Of a stretch of 64,000 bases of DNA, positions 26,418-37,244 are shown piece by piece. A program made the position numbers and the translations under genes. The stretch is from Pyrodictiaceae archaeon. Lineage in GTDB: Archaea; Thermoproteota; Thermoprotei_A; Sulfolobales; Pyrodictiaceae. The number at the start of each line of letters is the position of its first letter. The stretch's first letter is position 1. The stretch spans positions 900,880 to 964,879 of the forward strand of contig JALVSY010000007.1 of NCBI GenBank assembly GCA_027036135.1, in the 5' to 3' direction. Below the pieces are notes generated by a model. It was not told the origin of the DNA. It made no database searches and saw only the letters and a list, made by a program, of their open reading frames with translations.

Positions 26418-27077
26418 CTAGGTACGAAGTGGCGGTTTAAGAACCTCTTGTAAGCTATGTACATCTATTCCCACTTCATAGGCTTTCACGATAGTGATTA
26501 TGGAGGGTTCATTTATTTCTGCTCCGAGTTTCTTTGCTAAAACAGATAGAGCGTATGCGAAGAGTGCTAGGCGTCCCCATATGCGCTTTGACGTGATTTT
26601 TTGTAAGAGTTTGTTCAGTCTTGCTAACAGGTACCGTGCTATTCTTCTCCTTGCCTCCTTGCTGCTTAGCGCGACTAAGATTCCCCGCGCTCTTGCTTCC
26701 CTATAAGCGCCCCGGGTAATTCTTCTACGAGTTATGTACAAGTATAATGTATCAGCGGAGATGAATTCACTTCCCCTTAGTTTTTCAACTTCCCTTGCAA
26801 GTCTCCTGGCCCGCCGGAGTAGCTGTGAAGGCGAGGTTGCCCGTGATTCCTGTGTACTAATGTACAATGCAATGATCAGCGGGTTATGCGAGAAAATATC
26901 GAGAAGTACTATGTGGACACGCTTATCCGTTGTCGAGTATACCTTGGTTCTTGTTATGTGGAGTCTTGCTAGCTCAGCTACCTGTAATAGTCTCCTAGCA
27001 CCACCTAGTATTGGAAAGAGAACCCTATTTGCCTCGCTCAGTGCTAGTTCACGTCGCTGTAGCTCTGTTAGAGCCAA
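26418..27077 (-). CDS. Hypothetical protein, possibly degenerate restriction-endonuclease-like fold
   Basis: 219 aa basic ORF; YLYITRRRITRGAYREARARGILV resembles the end of Mrr-like folds. Confidence 0.6.
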   Translation of the reverse strand: MALTELQRRELALSEANRVLFPILGGARRLLQVAELARLHITRTKVYSTTDKRVHIVLLDIFSHNPLIIALYISTQESRATSPSQLLRRARRLAREVEKLRGSEFISADTLYLYITRRRITRGAYREARARGILVALSSKEARRRIARYLLARLNKLLQKITSKRIWGRLALFAYALSVLAKKLGAEINEPSIITIVKAYEVGIDVHSLQEVLKPPLRT

Positions 27078-27355
27078 TGTTGCCGACCCTCTTTCAGATA
27101 GCGCTGAAACAGCCTAGGCCATGTAGAACCATGTTCCCGAATAGTGTTTGAAAGGCATTGTTACATTATAGTCTACACAGGAGATAAATCATGTGGAGAC
27201 AAGAGGCTGTGAGTACAGGGTAGCACGTATCGCTCGTAATGAGCTTCCTGAGTCGAGGAAAGCAATGCAACTATTATGGAGTCGCGGAGCATGTATTAAT
27301 CCTCTAAAGGCTCTGCCTGACAGGCGAGAGAAATTGATGTACTACATATCGTGAG

Positions 27356-27421
27356 AAGCGATGAGGATAGGACCACGGACGGAGGCCCCGCGGCTGATGA
27401 AGAAACCCTGCATCGCTGAGT
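27356..27421 (+). ncRNA. Putative C/D box sRNA
   Basis: GCGATGA - guide - CGGA - short GC spacer - CTGATGA - guide - CTGA. Confidence 0.55.
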
Positions 27422-27525
27422 GCATAAATTAAGCTATGAGAAGCTGTGGAGCATTTTGTTGAGCAAAAGGATGTCAAAATCTGTAAAGGATAAATGAAGA
27501 TTAGAGGGATCAAGCGTTTGTGAGG

Positions 27526-27655
27526 CGGCCCGATCCCAGCTTGGGGGAGCTGCGGGGCCTCGCGGACCCCACAGCTACCCCCAACGCGGCCGGCTTAACT
27601 TCCGGGTTCGACAAGAGTCCGGGTGTTGCCCGGCCGCTATGGCCGGGTCGGGCCG
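27526..27655 (-). rRNA. rrf: 5S rRNA (stand-alone)
   Basis: CGGCCCGACCCGGCCATAGCGGCCGGGCAACACCCGGACTC..CGAACCCGGAAGTTAAGCCG..GGGATCGGGCCG. Confidence 0.96.
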
Positions 27656-27793
27656 TGTTTAACGCTCTATGCTTATCGGGGTTCTTATACATTTCATTAA
27701 ATTCGTTGGACGGGTAGATTCCTTGTATTGATGAGCGTTACTTGTTTATTATCTTCCCTCGCATATATGTGCATGTGAACTCGGGGTCTTAGT

Positions 27794-28699
27794 ATGGATG
27801 AGGAGGTTCTTAGGAAGTATATTGAGGCGGGTCGTATAGCTAGGATTGTTAGGGAGGAGGCTGCTAAGCGTATTGAGCCAGGGGTATCTGTTTACGAGTT
27901 TTGTGAATGGGTCGAGAACAGGATCGCTGAGCTTGGTGGGAGGCCTGCTTTTCCCTGTAACTTGTCTATTAACGAGGTTGCTGCCCATTATACGCCGCTT
28001 ATAGGTGATGAGCTGAGGGTTCCGGACGAGTCTGTTGTAAAGATAGACTTAGGCGTGCACGTTGATGGATATATTGCTGATACTGCTGTAACGGTTAGTT
28101 TCAGTGATAAGTGGGATACTTTGCTCGAGGCAGTGCGCGACGCTCTCGAGAAAGCGCTAGGAATAGTATCTCCAGATACTAAATTCTCTGAGGTCGGTCG
28201 AGTAATAGAGTCTACCATAAAGGCTTACGGGTTTAAGCCTATTAGTAACCTTGGTGGACATAGTCTTGCAAGGTACACTATACACGCTGGAGAAAGCATT
28301 CCTAACGTATACGAGCCCTTCCTTCGAGGTAAATTCGGAAAAGGTAAGGCATACGCTATAGAACCTTTTGGAACTAATGGTGCGGGTAGTGTAAGAGAGG
28401 GCGATATTATAGCTATTTATGCCCTTATTAGACCTAATCTTAGGAGAAGGCTTAATGAGTTGCAGAAAAGGGTACTCAATGCTATAAAGGAGCGCTTCAA
28501 GACCCTCCCCTTTGCCGAGAGATGGCTCAAAGACATAGCACAGGTTGATGAGCTCCGCAGGGCTCTGAGGAGGCTTGCCAGCATGGGGTTCCTTGTCCAG
28601 TATCCAGTGCTTATCGAGAAAAGTAGAGGCATGGTAGCACAGTTTGAACATACACTTGTAATAACGAACGAGGGCGATGTAATAGTTACTACAAGGTAA
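27794..28699 (+). CDS. map: Type II methionine aminopeptidase
   Basis: AAHYTP, KIDLGVHVDGYIADTA, NLGGH, AIEPF, AQFEHT. Confidence 0.97.
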   Translation: MDEEVLRKYIEAGRIARIVREEAAKRIEPGVSVYEFCEWVENRIAELGGRPAFPCNLSINEVAAHYTPLIGDELRVPDESVVKIDLGVHVDGYIADTAVTVSFSDKWDTLLEAVRDALEKALGIVSPDTKFSEVGRVIESTIKAYGFKPISNLGGHSLARYTIHAGESIPNVYEPFLRGKFGKGKAYAIEPFGTNGAGSVREGDIIAIYALIRPNLRRRLNELQKRVLNAIKERFKTLPFAERWLKDIAQVDELRRALRRLASMGFLVQYPVLIEKSRGMVAQFEHTLVITNEGDVIVTTR

Positions 28700-28792
28700 T
28701 GTGGCTAGAAGAATTTTTGAGTGGTTTTCTGCTTCCCGGTTTCTGATGAGAAGAGTACGCTAAGCGGCGAGTAATCGTTAGGTGCGACAACC

Positions 28793-29938
28793 ATGGCTAA
28801 TGCCACTTCGCCGTGGTTCGGCGGCGGCTCCGACCTGGCTACATGGATAATAGCCATAAGCATCCTTATATCAACGATTCTCTCTATATTCGCGTTCCTC
28901 GGAGTCGCACAGGGATTTCAGCTACGTATATGGAAGGCCCAGATAGAGTCCAAGCTACGTATCCTTGAGAGTTATCGTGACGAGGTACGTGACGAGGTAC
29001 GCAAGCGCCTCGAAAAGCTCGGGGCAAGGAACGTAGAGGAGGTACTTAGTACAGCGCTTGATTACTTCGTTATAAGCCCCGTAAGCATAGAGCCCACCGA
29101 CATAATCAAGCGTCTGGAGAGAGTTCTCCGCACGGAGGAGGAGCGCCTCGAGGCGCTTGTTGCACGTAGCCTCGGATCCCGGGCCGATGAAGTCGTGATC
29201 AAGAATGCTGTTACGTTGCTCGCTATAGCTAACGCGCTGAACATATTGTATAAATATATTCGTCACATCTTATTGACTGGTATAAAGACGCGTAACGCGC
29301 TACTAGTAGCACAGCTATGGATGCTTCTCCCCTTCTACATGAGAATAGCAAAAGCCTATTATGATGCCTCCAAGGTAATAGCAAAGGGGATACCAATAGG
29401 TGATGCAGCAGGCCCATTAGCAGCCTACAAATTGATGAGAATGCTTCCACGTATCGAAGGCCCTATAGAAATAACTAAGGATACTATATATAGTATTCAT
29501 GAGTATGAGAATAGGAGAATTATAGTTGTGAAAGCCAAGGGGCCAGGAAGCACGGTTGGACGCCCAGGGGAAGCTGTCGAGAAGATAGTGGAAACCTTGT
29601 CGCCAAGCAGTATTGCCTCCATAATAACTATTGACGCTGCTCTCAAAATGGAGGGGGAACCCACAGGCTCTATAGCTGAAGGCACAGGTGTAGCCATGGG
29701 GGACCCGGGCCCCGAGAAAATAAGGATAGAGAGAATCGCTGTAAGGCACAAAATACCGCTCTACGCTATAGCCATCAAGATGGGATTAGAGGAAGCAATA
29801 ACAGCTATTAAGAAAGAAATAGTTGAAGGAGTAGAAAAAGCAGTAGAGCATGCGAAGAGACTAATAATAGAGGAGACGAGGCCTGGTGACACAATCATAG
29901 TTGTGGGTGTAGGCAACACACTTGGTGTCGCACAATAA
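28793..29938 (+). CDS. DUF1512-like membrane protein
   Basis: PIGDAAGP, ITIDAALKMEGE, GVGNTLGVAQ. Confidence 0.8.
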   Translation: MANATSPWFGGGSDLATWIIAISILISTILSIFAFLGVAQGFQLRIWKAQIESKLRILESYRDEVRDEVRKRLEKLGARNVEEVLSTALDYFVISPVSIEPTDIIKRLERVLRTEEERLEALVARSLGSRADEVVIKNAVTLLAIANALNILYKYIRHILLTGIKTRNALLVAQLWMLLPFYMRIAKAYYDASKVIAKGIPIGDAAGPLAAYKLMRMLPRIEGPIEITKDTIYSIHEYENRRIIVVKAKGPGSTVGRPGEAVEKIVETLSPSSIASIITIDAALKMEGEPTGSIAEGTGVAMGDPGPEKIRIERIAVRHKIPLYAIAIKMGLEEAITAIKKEIVEGVEKAVEHAKRLIIEETRPGDTIIVVGVGNTLGVAQ

Positions 29939-29952
29939 GAGGTGGCAAGGTA

Positions 29953-30327
29953 TTGAACCTAGACCTATACACCCTCTACATGTTATCCATGGTTATTTTG
30001 TCGATAGCTATGGTTGTCTACATGGTATTCGCTACACTGGGATCCCGTGGTAAACGAGAACCAGAGAAAAAAGTCGTAACCGTTCTACGTTGCCCCAGAT
30101 GCGGATATACCAAAACGCGAGATTTTAGAGAAGGAGACTATGTAGGCAAAGTCGTTGACGAGGTTTGCCCTAAGTGTGGCATCAGCCTCGTGGTTGATGC
30201 AATATACGAGGAAAGCATTACCAGCTTAAACCAAGTGCTAAGAAATAAGCGCAAGCAAGAAGGAGCTAGAAAAACCAGTAGCCAGTTAAAAGGTCTTACT
30301 AGGATTTGTTGTGCGCTACGTAGGTAA
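29953..30327 (+). CDS. Membrane-anchored zinc-ribbon protein
   Basis: N-terminal TM helix; CPRC...CPKC; RDFREGDYV. Confidence 0.8.
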   Translation: MNLDLYTLYMLSMVILSIAMVVYMVFATLGSRGKREPEKKVVTVLRCPRCGYTKTRDFREGDYVGKVVDEVCPKCGISLVVDAIYEESITSLNQVLRNKRKQEGARKTSSQLKGLTRICCALRR

Positions 30328-30418
30328 CTTGTTTAAGGCTTATCCGAGACTCTTTATCCCAGAAGACTCGGGGAAGCGTGTACCTGTTCTCTACTATTAA
30401 GCAGCGGAGGTGTGCGCC

Positions 30419-31108
30419 ATGGGATATGTCAGGTGGCTTGGCCATGCCACGTTCGAGGTAGAACTCGATGGCTACCTGGTACTAATTGATCCTTGGCTCA
30501 CTAATCCAGCATCACCAGTTAGCATCGAGGAATACAAGGACAAAGTAGATCTAATCATAGTTACGCATGATCATGGTGACCACTTGGGTGAAGCCGTTGA
30601 GCTAATGAAGCTTAACCCCAAGGCGAGGCTTGCAGCAGTCTATGAGATAGCGAATGACGTTGCAGCGAAGCTTGGCCAATCGGAGAGTAATAGGGTCATT
30701 GGTGCTAATATAGGTGGGCCCCTCAAGATGGACCTAGACCTTAAGGTGCTCTTTACTCCGGCTGCTCATAGCTCTGAGAAAGGTGTGCCAACGGGGGTAG
30801 TGATTATTGGTAAAGAGGCAACGATATATCATGCTGGCGATACAGGGCTTATAGCAGAGATGCAGTTCATAGGCGAACTCTATAAGCCCGATATAGCTAT
30901 GCTGCCTATAGGTGGCCATTTCACCATGGATGAAGTGCAAGCGGCTAAGGCCGTTGAGCTGATAAAGCCGAAAGTAGCCATACCTATGCACTACAACACG
31001 TTCCCGGTTATACAAGCTGACCCAGAGAAGTTCAAGAAGCTCGTAGAAGAAAAAGGGCTAGGTACAAAGGTTGTTATACTGAAGCCCGGCGAGAAGTATA
31101 GTTTCTAG
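30419..31108 (+). CDS. Metal-dependent hydrolase, metallo-beta-lactamase fold (UPF0173-like)
   Basis: WLGHA, THDHGDH, YHAGDT, PMHYNT. Confidence 0.92.
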   Translation: MGYVRWLGHATFEVELDGYLVLIDPWLTNPASPVSIEEYKDKVDLIIVTHDHGDHLGEAVELMKLNPKARLAAVYEIANDVAAKLGQSESNRVIGANIGGPLKMDLDLKVLFTPAAHSSEKGVPTGVVIIGKEATIYHAGDTGLIAEMQFIGELYKPDIAMLPIGGHFTMDEVQAAKAVELIKPKVAIPMHYNTFPVIQADPEKFKKLVEEKGLGTKVVILKPGEKYSF

Positions 31109-31233
31109 CAAGAGGAGTACATGGATAACTCTCTTTTTCATTACTAGGTCTCCGGCTATGTTTCGGTTCTTTCCTTGTATAGATTTATTTAAAAGGAGTA
31201 GTAGTCCTGGCCATAGTTGATGGGGCCACTATT

Positions 31234-32730
31234 TTGGCGCGAATCTCTGTATCGGAGTCTGAGTATCAGCTGTTAAGACTATTGGAAAAGAAGGGTATAA
31301 AGCCAGGCAAGGAGTATAGCACCGACGAGATCGCTGACATGATTGGAATGAGTCGTAGTAGTATTGAGGCGCTTCTTCGGCTTCTTGCATCAAAGGGGCT
31401 TGTTGAGCTAAGAGAACGCGTTGTTGAGGAATATGTGTTAACCGATGAGGCGAGAAAATACCTTGAGGAAGGGTTTCCAGAGGAGAAACTAGTACGATTG
31501 CTCGTAAGAGCAGGTGGTGAACTAGGTGTTGAGGAGGTTAATAAGGTACTCGGCAAAGAGGCTGGTATAGCTTTAGCCAATGCATCTAGGAAGGGATGGG
31601 TTAAGATCCAGGCTGGAAAAGTCGTACTGGTTATTGATCCTTCCAGAGCCGTCGCAGAAGAAAGAGCAGCTCTGGAGAAAATAATGCGGGGCGAGCGGCT
31701 TAGTCAGCAAGAGCTACGAATGCTTCGTAGAAGAAAACTAGTTGACGTAAAGCGTAAGAGAATCACCCTATTCTCTTTACCAAAAAGCGTCCCAGAACTC
31801 CTTAGCTCCGTCGTGGTTGAGGTCGGAGCCTTAACAAGGGAACTAATTGAGAGTGGTCGTTGGCGCAAAGTAAGACTTAGAGAATACGACGTCAGAGCCC
31901 AGCCCCCTAAGAGGCTTCCTGGAAGACTCAACTTCTTCGCACAGTTCATAGAACATATACGAGATATAATGAAGGAGCTAGGTTTTACAGAGATAGAGGC
32001 CCTGCCTGTTGAGCTAGAGTTCTGGAACTACGACGTATTGTTCCAGCCCCAGTTTCACCCGGCTCGTGCACCAAGCGATACATTCTACCTAAGTAGCCCC
32101 AGCGAAGCACAGCTTCCAGAACAACTAGCCGAAAACGTCCGGATAGCCCACGAGGAAGGCATAGCGGGTAGTACTGGTTGGAGATACAAGTGGGATCCAC
32201 GGAAAGCTGCGAGGCTCATACTTAGAAGCCATACTACTGCTGTCTCTGCGCGCATTCTATCTACGAGGCCCTCTCCATCATTCCGGTACTTTAGCATCGG
32301 CAGGGTTTATCGCGTAGAAACTATTGATCCAAAGCATCTCCCCGAGTTTCACCAAGTTGATGGGATAGCCAGCGAGGATGGAGTTAATCTTCGCTGGCTC
32401 ATAGGAATGCTCTCCGAGTTCCTTGAGAGACTAGGTTTTAGGGAGTACAAGTTCCGTCCCGCGTATTTCCCGTTCACGGAGCCCTCTGTAGAAGGGTATG
32501 TGAAGATTGGTGAGACTTGGCTCGAGATACTCGGAGCTGGCTTGTTTAGGCCCGAGATGTTAGCGACTCTAGGTGTAGACTACCCCGTAGCAGCATGGGG
32601 CATGGGTATCGAGAGACTTGCCATGGCTCTCTATGATCTAAGGGATATAAGACAGCTCTATAGTACTGATGTAGAGTTTCTCGCATCAATGCCTTCAAGG
32701 TGGTGGATATATGCCGGTACTAAGATTTAA
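31234..32730 (+). CDS. pheS: Phenylalanyl-tRNA synthetase alpha subunit
   Basis: QPQFHPAR, RSHTT, HLPEFHQ, YFPFTEPS, WGMGIERL. Confidence 0.97.
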   Translation: MARISVSESEYQLLRLLEKKGIKPGKEYSTDEIADMIGMSRSSIEALLRLLASKGLVELRERVVEEYVLTDEARKYLEEGFPEEKLVRLLVRAGGELGVEEVNKVLGKEAGIALANASRKGWVKIQAGKVVLVIDPSRAVAEERAALEKIMRGERLSQQELRMLRRRKLVDVKRKRITLFSLPKSVPELLSSVVVEVGALTRELIESGRWRKVRLREYDVRAQPPKRLPGRLNFFAQFIEHIRDIMKELGFTEIEALPVELEFWNYDVLFQPQFHPARAPSDTFYLSSPSEAQLPEQLAENVRIAHEEGIAGSTGWRYKWDPRKAARLILRSHTTAVSARILSTRPSPSFRYFSIGRVYRVETIDPKHLPEFHQVDGIASEDGVNLRWLIGMLSEFLERLGFREYKFRPAYFPFTEPSVEGYVKIGETWLEILGAGLFRPEMLATLGVDYPVAAWGMGIERLAMALYDLRDIRQLYSTDVEFLASMPSRWWIYAGTKI

Positions 32731-34414
32731 GCCTGGAAGAGTTGAGGAGGTTCTAGGGCTTAGTCTTAGAAAGGCCCTAGAGGTAATGGAGAGGCTAAAG
32801 ATCGAGGTAGAAATAGATCAGGAAGGATACGTGGTTGCTGAGCTAGAGGTTGATAGGCCCGATATGTACTCACTTGAGGGTATTGCCAGGCAGGTTAACG
32901 GTATACTTGAGAGGGAGCTAGGGCTACCTCGTTACAGCGTAGTCGACACAGACTATGTTATCGAGGCAGATGATGTGCCTACTCGTCCTTACATAGTTGG
33001 TCTTGTGGTTTGGGATGTTGATATAGATGAGGACTATTTAGTAGAACTAATCCAGTTCCAGGAGAAGCTTACTACAAGCCATGGCCTGGGTAGGCGCAGG
33101 ATAGCGGTAGGCATCCATGACCTTGAGAAAATGCCTTCAAAGCACTTGATGTACCGTTTTGAGCACATAGACTCTGTTGTTTTTAAGCCGCTTCATACGG
33201 GTCGCTTAATGAAGCTTAGAGACGTGCTAAGAGAGCTTGAACAAGGGGCTCGGTATGGTACCATCTCTCTCATGGATGAGAAGCATCCAGTACTTTATGC
33301 CGGCGATGAAGTAATAAGTGTGCCACCTGTAATTAATGCTGATGTAACCCGTATAGAGCCTGGTACTCGTCACGTATTTGTGGATATAACTGGTACCGAG
33401 CTAAAGCCAGTGCTTGATGTGGCAGCTATCTTTGCTGCTAACTTGGCTGAGCGTAGTAAGTCTAGGAGAATAGGCTTGGTTACAGTCAAGGCTCCATGGG
33501 GTGAGTTGAAGGAGCCTAAACTAGAGCCGAGGAAGACGAGTATTACGACTAGCACCGTGAACTCGATACTGGGCTTGAATTTATCCGGTGATGAGTTAGC
33601 GAGGCATTTGCAACGTATGAGGTTTGATGCATTACCGCTTAGCAACACGAAGATAGATGTAATGGTGCCTAGATTCCGTATAGACATATTACATGAAGCA
33701 GACTTAGCTGAGGAGGTAGCGTTATCAATAGGTTTAGAGAACATAGCTCCCATAAAACCTAGGACAATGCTTCGTGGACGCTTGCTTGGCATACGTTACT
33801 GGGAGAGAGAGGCTAGGGCAATACTAGTTGGATATGGTTTCGTTGAGGTGAAGACGTACACGCTAACTAGCTGCGAGGACCAGGAGAAAATAGTAGGTAT
33901 TGAAAGAGAAAAACTCATTACAATCAGTAATCCCGTAAGTATTGAAGCGAATTGTTTCAGAGCCTCAATGATACCGGCTCTTCTAAGACTAGCTTCACGT
34001 AACCAGCACTTAGTGCCATTAAAGATATTTGAGCTGGGAGAAGCACTCGAGAAGAAAGAAGCGATCAAGGTGCCTGGCGTAGCCCCAGTCAAGGCTAAGA
34101 AACTAATTACACTACTAATGATGGATGAGAAAATAGGATATGAAGACATACAAGCAATAGTATACGGTCTAGTTAAGCTACTTTCAGACAAGATCAGCGA
34201 AGTTGATAGAGTTGAGAAGCCGTTCCTCATTAAGGGGCGCTCAGCCCTGATTAAGACAGAAAAAGGTCTACGCATTATCATAGGCGAGGTTAACCCAGCG
34301 CTACTAGAACTTCTCGAAATAAAGTATCCAGTGGTAATAGCCGAGATCGATTACAGCAGTCTCTACGACAAGGAGGTAAGTTATCAAGGAGGCGCCGCTG
34401 TCCCCCGCCCCTAA
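32711..34414 (+). CDS. pheT: Phenylalanyl-tRNA synthetase beta subunit
   Basis: DRPDMYSLEG, QFQEKL, RIDILHEADLAEE; follows pheS. Confidence 0.96.
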   Translation: MPVLRFKPGRVEEVLGLSLRKALEVMERLKIEVEIDQEGYVVAELEVDRPDMYSLEGIARQVNGILERELGLPRYSVVDTDYVIEADDVPTRPYIVGLVVWDVDIDEDYLVELIQFQEKLTTSHGLGRRRIAVGIHDLEKMPSKHLMYRFEHIDSVVFKPLHTGRLMKLRDVLRELEQGARYGTISLMDEKHPVLYAGDEVISVPPVINADVTRIEPGTRHVFVDITGTELKPVLDVAAIFAANLAERSKSRRIGLVTVKAPWGELKEPKLEPRKTSITTSTVNSILGLNLSGDELARHLQRMRFDALPLSNTKIDVMVPRFRIDILHEADLAEEVALSIGLENIAPIKPRTMLRGRLLGIRYWEREARAILVGYGFVEVKTYTLTSCEDQEKIVGIEREKLITISNPVSIEANCFRASMIPALLRLASRNQHLVPLKIFELGEALEKKEAIKVPGVAPVKAKKLITLLMMDEKIGYEDIQAIVYGLVKLLSDKISEVDRVEKPFLIKGRSALIKTEKGLRIIIGEVNPALLELLEIKYPVVIAEIDYSSLYDKEVSYQGGAAVPRP

Positions 34415-34470
34415 CACCCAGCATCATAGCCCCCTTGCTAGGGGCCTCTGCTGGGCTCTCTTAGACGGGA
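34399..34470 (-). ncRNA. Putative H/ACA guide sRNA
   Basis: CCCGTC / pocket / CCCAGCA-GA..K-turn..TGA-TGCTGGG / pocket / GGCGGG, then ACA. Confidence 0.7.
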
Positions 34471-34658
34471 GTAACGGGGCGGCGCGGCGCCCCCCATCCT
34501 AGGAGTATTTTCATGGTTTTCTAGCCTCATTTGTTTTCTCTGGATTATGTTATTGTGTTATATTGAGTATTGAATACTTATAAGTAAGCCGTTATGCGGC
34601 CTTGTTATTTGAGGTCGTTAGTGTCGGTGACGAGTGTTTTCAAGGAGGTAGGCAGCTA

Positions 34659-35747
34659 ATGTCTATCGAGGAGAAAATAAGCCTCGTCACTAGGAATACA
34701 GCAGAAGTAATAACGGTTGATGAGCTAAGGAGAGTTTTTGAGACAAAGAATAAGCCTCGCGCCTACTTGGGATTCGAGCCTAGTGGATTATTTCATATAG
34801 GTTGGCTAATTTGGGCGTTCAAGGTAAGGGATTTCATCAAGGCTGGCATAGAGTTCTATTTGCTAGCTGCAACGTGGCATGCATGGATAAACGATAAGTT
34901 TGGTGGCGATATGGAAACCATAAGAAAGGCTGCTCAGCACGTTCTTGATGTACTTGAGGCAATAGGTATTGAAAGATCCGCTATAAGAATTATTGATGCG
35001 GAGGACCTGGTCTCAGATAAAGATTACTGGGCTATACTCCTCCGCGTAGCAAAACACAATACTCTTGCTCGCATGAAGAGAGCATTAACGATAATGGGCA
35101 GGAAGGCTGAGGAAGCGGAACTTGATTTCTCTAAGCTCATTTACCCAGCCATGCAGGTTACAGATATATTTTATCTTGATGTGGATATAGCTCTGGGTGG
35201 TATGGATCAGAGAAAGGCGCACATGCTTGCGAGAGATACTGCCGAGAAGCTAGGTTACAAAAAGGTAATAGCTGTCCATACTCCCCTATTGACAGGACTT
35301 CAGGGCATTGGTAGAATGAATCCCAGCGAGATAGATGAAACAGTTCACGCAACGGAGCTGAAGATGAGCAAATCAAAACCGGAGACAGCGATCTTCGTGT
35401 ATGATTCACCCGAGGATATCGAGAAGAAGCTGCTAAAGGCTTATTGCCCGGCTAGGCAAGTAGAGTACAATCCTGTTATAGAGATAAACAAATACATACT
35501 CTTTGCCCAGCCCGGATTTAAGCTAGTGGTTGAGAGACCCGAGAAATATGGTGGGACAATAGTGATTGAGAGTTATCAAGAACTCGAACAGCTCTATAGA
35601 GAAGGAAAACTGCATCCTCTAGACCTAAAAAAGGCAACAGCAAAAGCTCTTGCAGAGCTCCTAAAACCAGTGCGCGAGTACTTCGCGAATAATACGAGGG
35701 CTCGTGAGTTACTGGAAGAACTAAAAAAGGCCACCATAACGAGATAG
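34659..35747 (+). CDS. tyrS: Tyrosyl-tRNA synthetase
   Basis: YLGFEPSGLFHIG, GGMDQRKAH, KMSKS. Confidence 0.97.
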   Translation: MSIEEKISLVTRNTAEVITVDELRRVFETKNKPRAYLGFEPSGLFHIGWLIWAFKVRDFIKAGIEFYLLAATWHAWINDKFGGDMETIRKAAQHVLDVLEAIGIERSAIRIIDAEDLVSDKDYWAILLRVAKHNTLARMKRALTIMGRKAEEAELDFSKLIYPAMQVTDIFYLDVDIALGGMDQRKAHMLARDTAEKLGYKKVIAVHTPLLTGLQGIGRMNPSEIDETVHATELKMSKSKPETAIFVYDSPEDIEKKLLKAYCPARQVEYNPVIEINKYILFAQPGFKLVVERPEKYGGTIVIESYQELEQLYREGKLHPLDLKKATAKALAELLKPVREYFANNTRARELLEELKKATITR

Positions 35748-35948
35748 TTCTAATTCGGGGCTAGGCGCTAGGAAGTATACTGCATAACAATTAAGTACCC
35801 AAGAACACCACGGGGTGTGGAGGAAGAACTCGGCTAGCCCCATCTTCATACTTATAGTCTCTAGAATCGAATTCACTAAGTCACCATAGCTCTGGGAAGG
35901 TGGTAATAGAACTCAACGATATCGGTGCATAGGAGTAAGAGGGGTTGT

Positions 35949-37193
35949 ATGTTGAAATACTTAATAAAGGCAAAAATAGAAGTAGAAGGACTAGTTAATA
36001 AACATGACATAATCGGGGCGATTTTCGGGCAAACAGAGAACCTATTCGGAGAAGAATTTGATTTACGAGAACTACAAGATAGAGGCCGTATTGGCAGAGT
36101 CCTTGTTGATATTAAGCACCAAAACACTAAGACATATGGCGAGATAACAATACCCTCGAACCTTGATAGAGTAGAGACAGCGCTTCTCGCAGCAATGATA
36201 GAGACTGTTGAGAAAGTGGGACCCTACAAGGCTAGAATAAGGGTCTACGACATAATTGACGTACGTGCAGAGAAAATAAAGAAGATTATTGATAGAGCAA
36301 AGGAAATTCTTAGAATATGGTCCCTGGAGAAAACGCCTGACCTACGCGAGGTTCTCAGAGAGATAAGTGAGGCCGTGAAAAGAGGAGAAGTAATAAGTTA
36401 TGGCCCCGAAGGTTTGCCCGCTGGCCCGGATGTTGATAAGAGCGATGAGATAATCATTGTTGAGGGCAGGGCTGACGTAATAAATCTGCTGAGATATGGA
36501 TATAGGAACGTTATAGCTCTAGAGGGAGCACGCGGCAAGATACCTGAGACCATAATTAAGCTAGCTAAGACAAAAAAGGCAATAGCATTCGTAGACGGTG
36601 ATCACGGCGGAGACTTAATTCTCTGGGAACTTCTACGAGTAGCCGACATCGACTATGTAGCCCGTGCTCCACCTGGAAAGGAAGTAGAAGACCTAACAGG
36701 CAAGGAAATAGCCCGTGCTCTTAGCAATCTCATACCAGCTAGAGAATACTTAGCAATTCTAGAAAAGAAGTTCCGGCCACGAAAAGAGAAGCAAAAGCCT
36801 ATTCAAGAGGTAAAAGAGAAACCAGCTCCTCAGCCACCATCTCCACCTAAGCCACTAGCGCAGCCAGTAATACAGGTAGAGGTTGAGAAAGTAGAGTTAC
36901 CTGAGCCAGTAATTGAGCAAATAAAGCAGCTTAGTGGCACATTAGAGGCGCTAGTTTATGACAAGAACTGGAGTCTTCTTGAAAAAGTAAGTGTACGTGA
37001 TGTCTATAACTTCTTAGAGAGAATAGAGCCGGGCAAAGCCTACGCAGTAATTTACGATGGCATAGTGACTCAGAGAATGCTTGACCTTGCAGCCGAGAAA
37101 CAGATAAAGCTAATTATAGCTAATCGCTTAGGCTCTATAGAGAAGAGGCCTCGGGACGTAATAGTGCTTACATTTAACGATGTTATTTCATAG
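35949..37193 (+). CDS. dnaG: Archaeal DnaG (TOPRIM, exosome-associated)
   Basis: GAIFGQTE, VEGRADV, DGDHGG. Confidence 0.95.
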   Translation: MLKYLIKAKIEVEGLVNKHDIIGAIFGQTENLFGEEFDLRELQDRGRIGRVLVDIKHQNTKTYGEITIPSNLDRVETALLAAMIETVEKVGPYKARIRVYDIIDVRAEKIKKIIDRAKEILRIWSLEKTPDLREVLREISEAVKRGEVISYGPEGLPAGPDVDKSDEIIIVEGRADVINLLRYGYRNVIALEGARGKIPETIIKLAKTKKAIAFVDGDHGGDLILWELLRVADIDYVARAPPGKEVEDLTGKEIARALSNLIPAREYLAILEKKFRPRKEKQKPIQEVKEKPAPQPPSPPKPLAQPVIQVEVEKVELPEPVIEQIKQLSGTLEALVYDKNWSLLEKVSVRDVYNFLERIEPGKAYAVIYDGIVTQRMLDLAAEKQIKLIIANRLGSIEKRPRDVIVLTFNDVIS

Positions 37194-37244
37194 CATTTTG
37201 ATACCTTTTTTTATATTTTCCGGTTTTCGCCTATCTTATTGAGA

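Noticed and set aside
28976-28999. 12-bp tandem duplication CGTGACGAGGTA
   Set aside because: In-frame two-copy repeat (RDEV RDEV) in a helical coding region; trivial.
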